A stretch of 64,000 bases of DNA from Mobula hypostoma (lineage: Eukaryota). The notes under the pieces were generated by a model, which saw nothing but the letters and a program-made list of their open reading frames with translations, ran no database searches and was not told where the DNA came from. This document shows, piece by piece, positions 63,780 to 64,000 of this stretch; the first letter of the stretch is position 1; each line of letters begins with the position of its first letter. Location: the NCBI RefSeq assembly GCF_963921235.1, contig NC_086097.1:223698001-223762000 (forward strand), in the 5' to 3' direction. The position numbers and the translations under genes were made by a program.

Positions 63780-64000
63780 GGCAAATGCCATGTTAGCATT
63801 CATTTCAAGAGGTCTAGAATACAAGAGCAAGGATGTGATGCTGAGCCTTTATAATGCACTGGCAAGACCTCACCTTGAGTATTGTGAACAGTTTTGGGCC
63901 CCTCATCTTAGAAAAGATGTGTTGGCATTGGAGAGGGTCCTGAGGAGGTTCACAAGGATGATTCCAGGAATGAAAGGGTTATTTTATGGGGAATGTTTGA
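63780..64000 (+). mobile_element. CR1 fragment (cut by window edge)
   Basis: Encodes MLSLYNALARPHLEYCEQFWAPHLRKDVLALERV. Confidence 0.85.

Overview
Eukaryotic, transposon-dense genomic DNA, probably from a cartilaginous fish (shark or ray; inferred from the CR1/Rex1/RTE/V-SINE repeat landscape). It holds two spliced genes arranged head-to-head. ELOC (Elongin C, minus strand) has coding exons 10132-10135, 8137-8280 and 6989-7179 (339 nt, 112 aa), a probable non-coding exon 1 near 38.4 kb, and apparently a GC donor after the start-codon exon. TMEM70 (plus strand) has exons 43777-43977, 52638-52731 and 55446-55879 (242 aa). The rest is nested CR1, Rex1/Babar and RTE LINEs, Gypsy remnants, solo LTRs, hAT, Tc1 and Tigger elements, and SINEs. 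The most notable signal is a young family of short non-coding elements, most flanked by target-site duplications (TSDs). They carry a minimal type I hammerhead ribozyme core (CTGACGA-stem-GAAACGTC) of the kind known from Penelope-like elements, often inside perfect fold-back hairpins. One copy sits about 150 nt from an ELOC splice acceptor and another lies in the TMEM70 promoter region. All calls were made by eye, with no database search.
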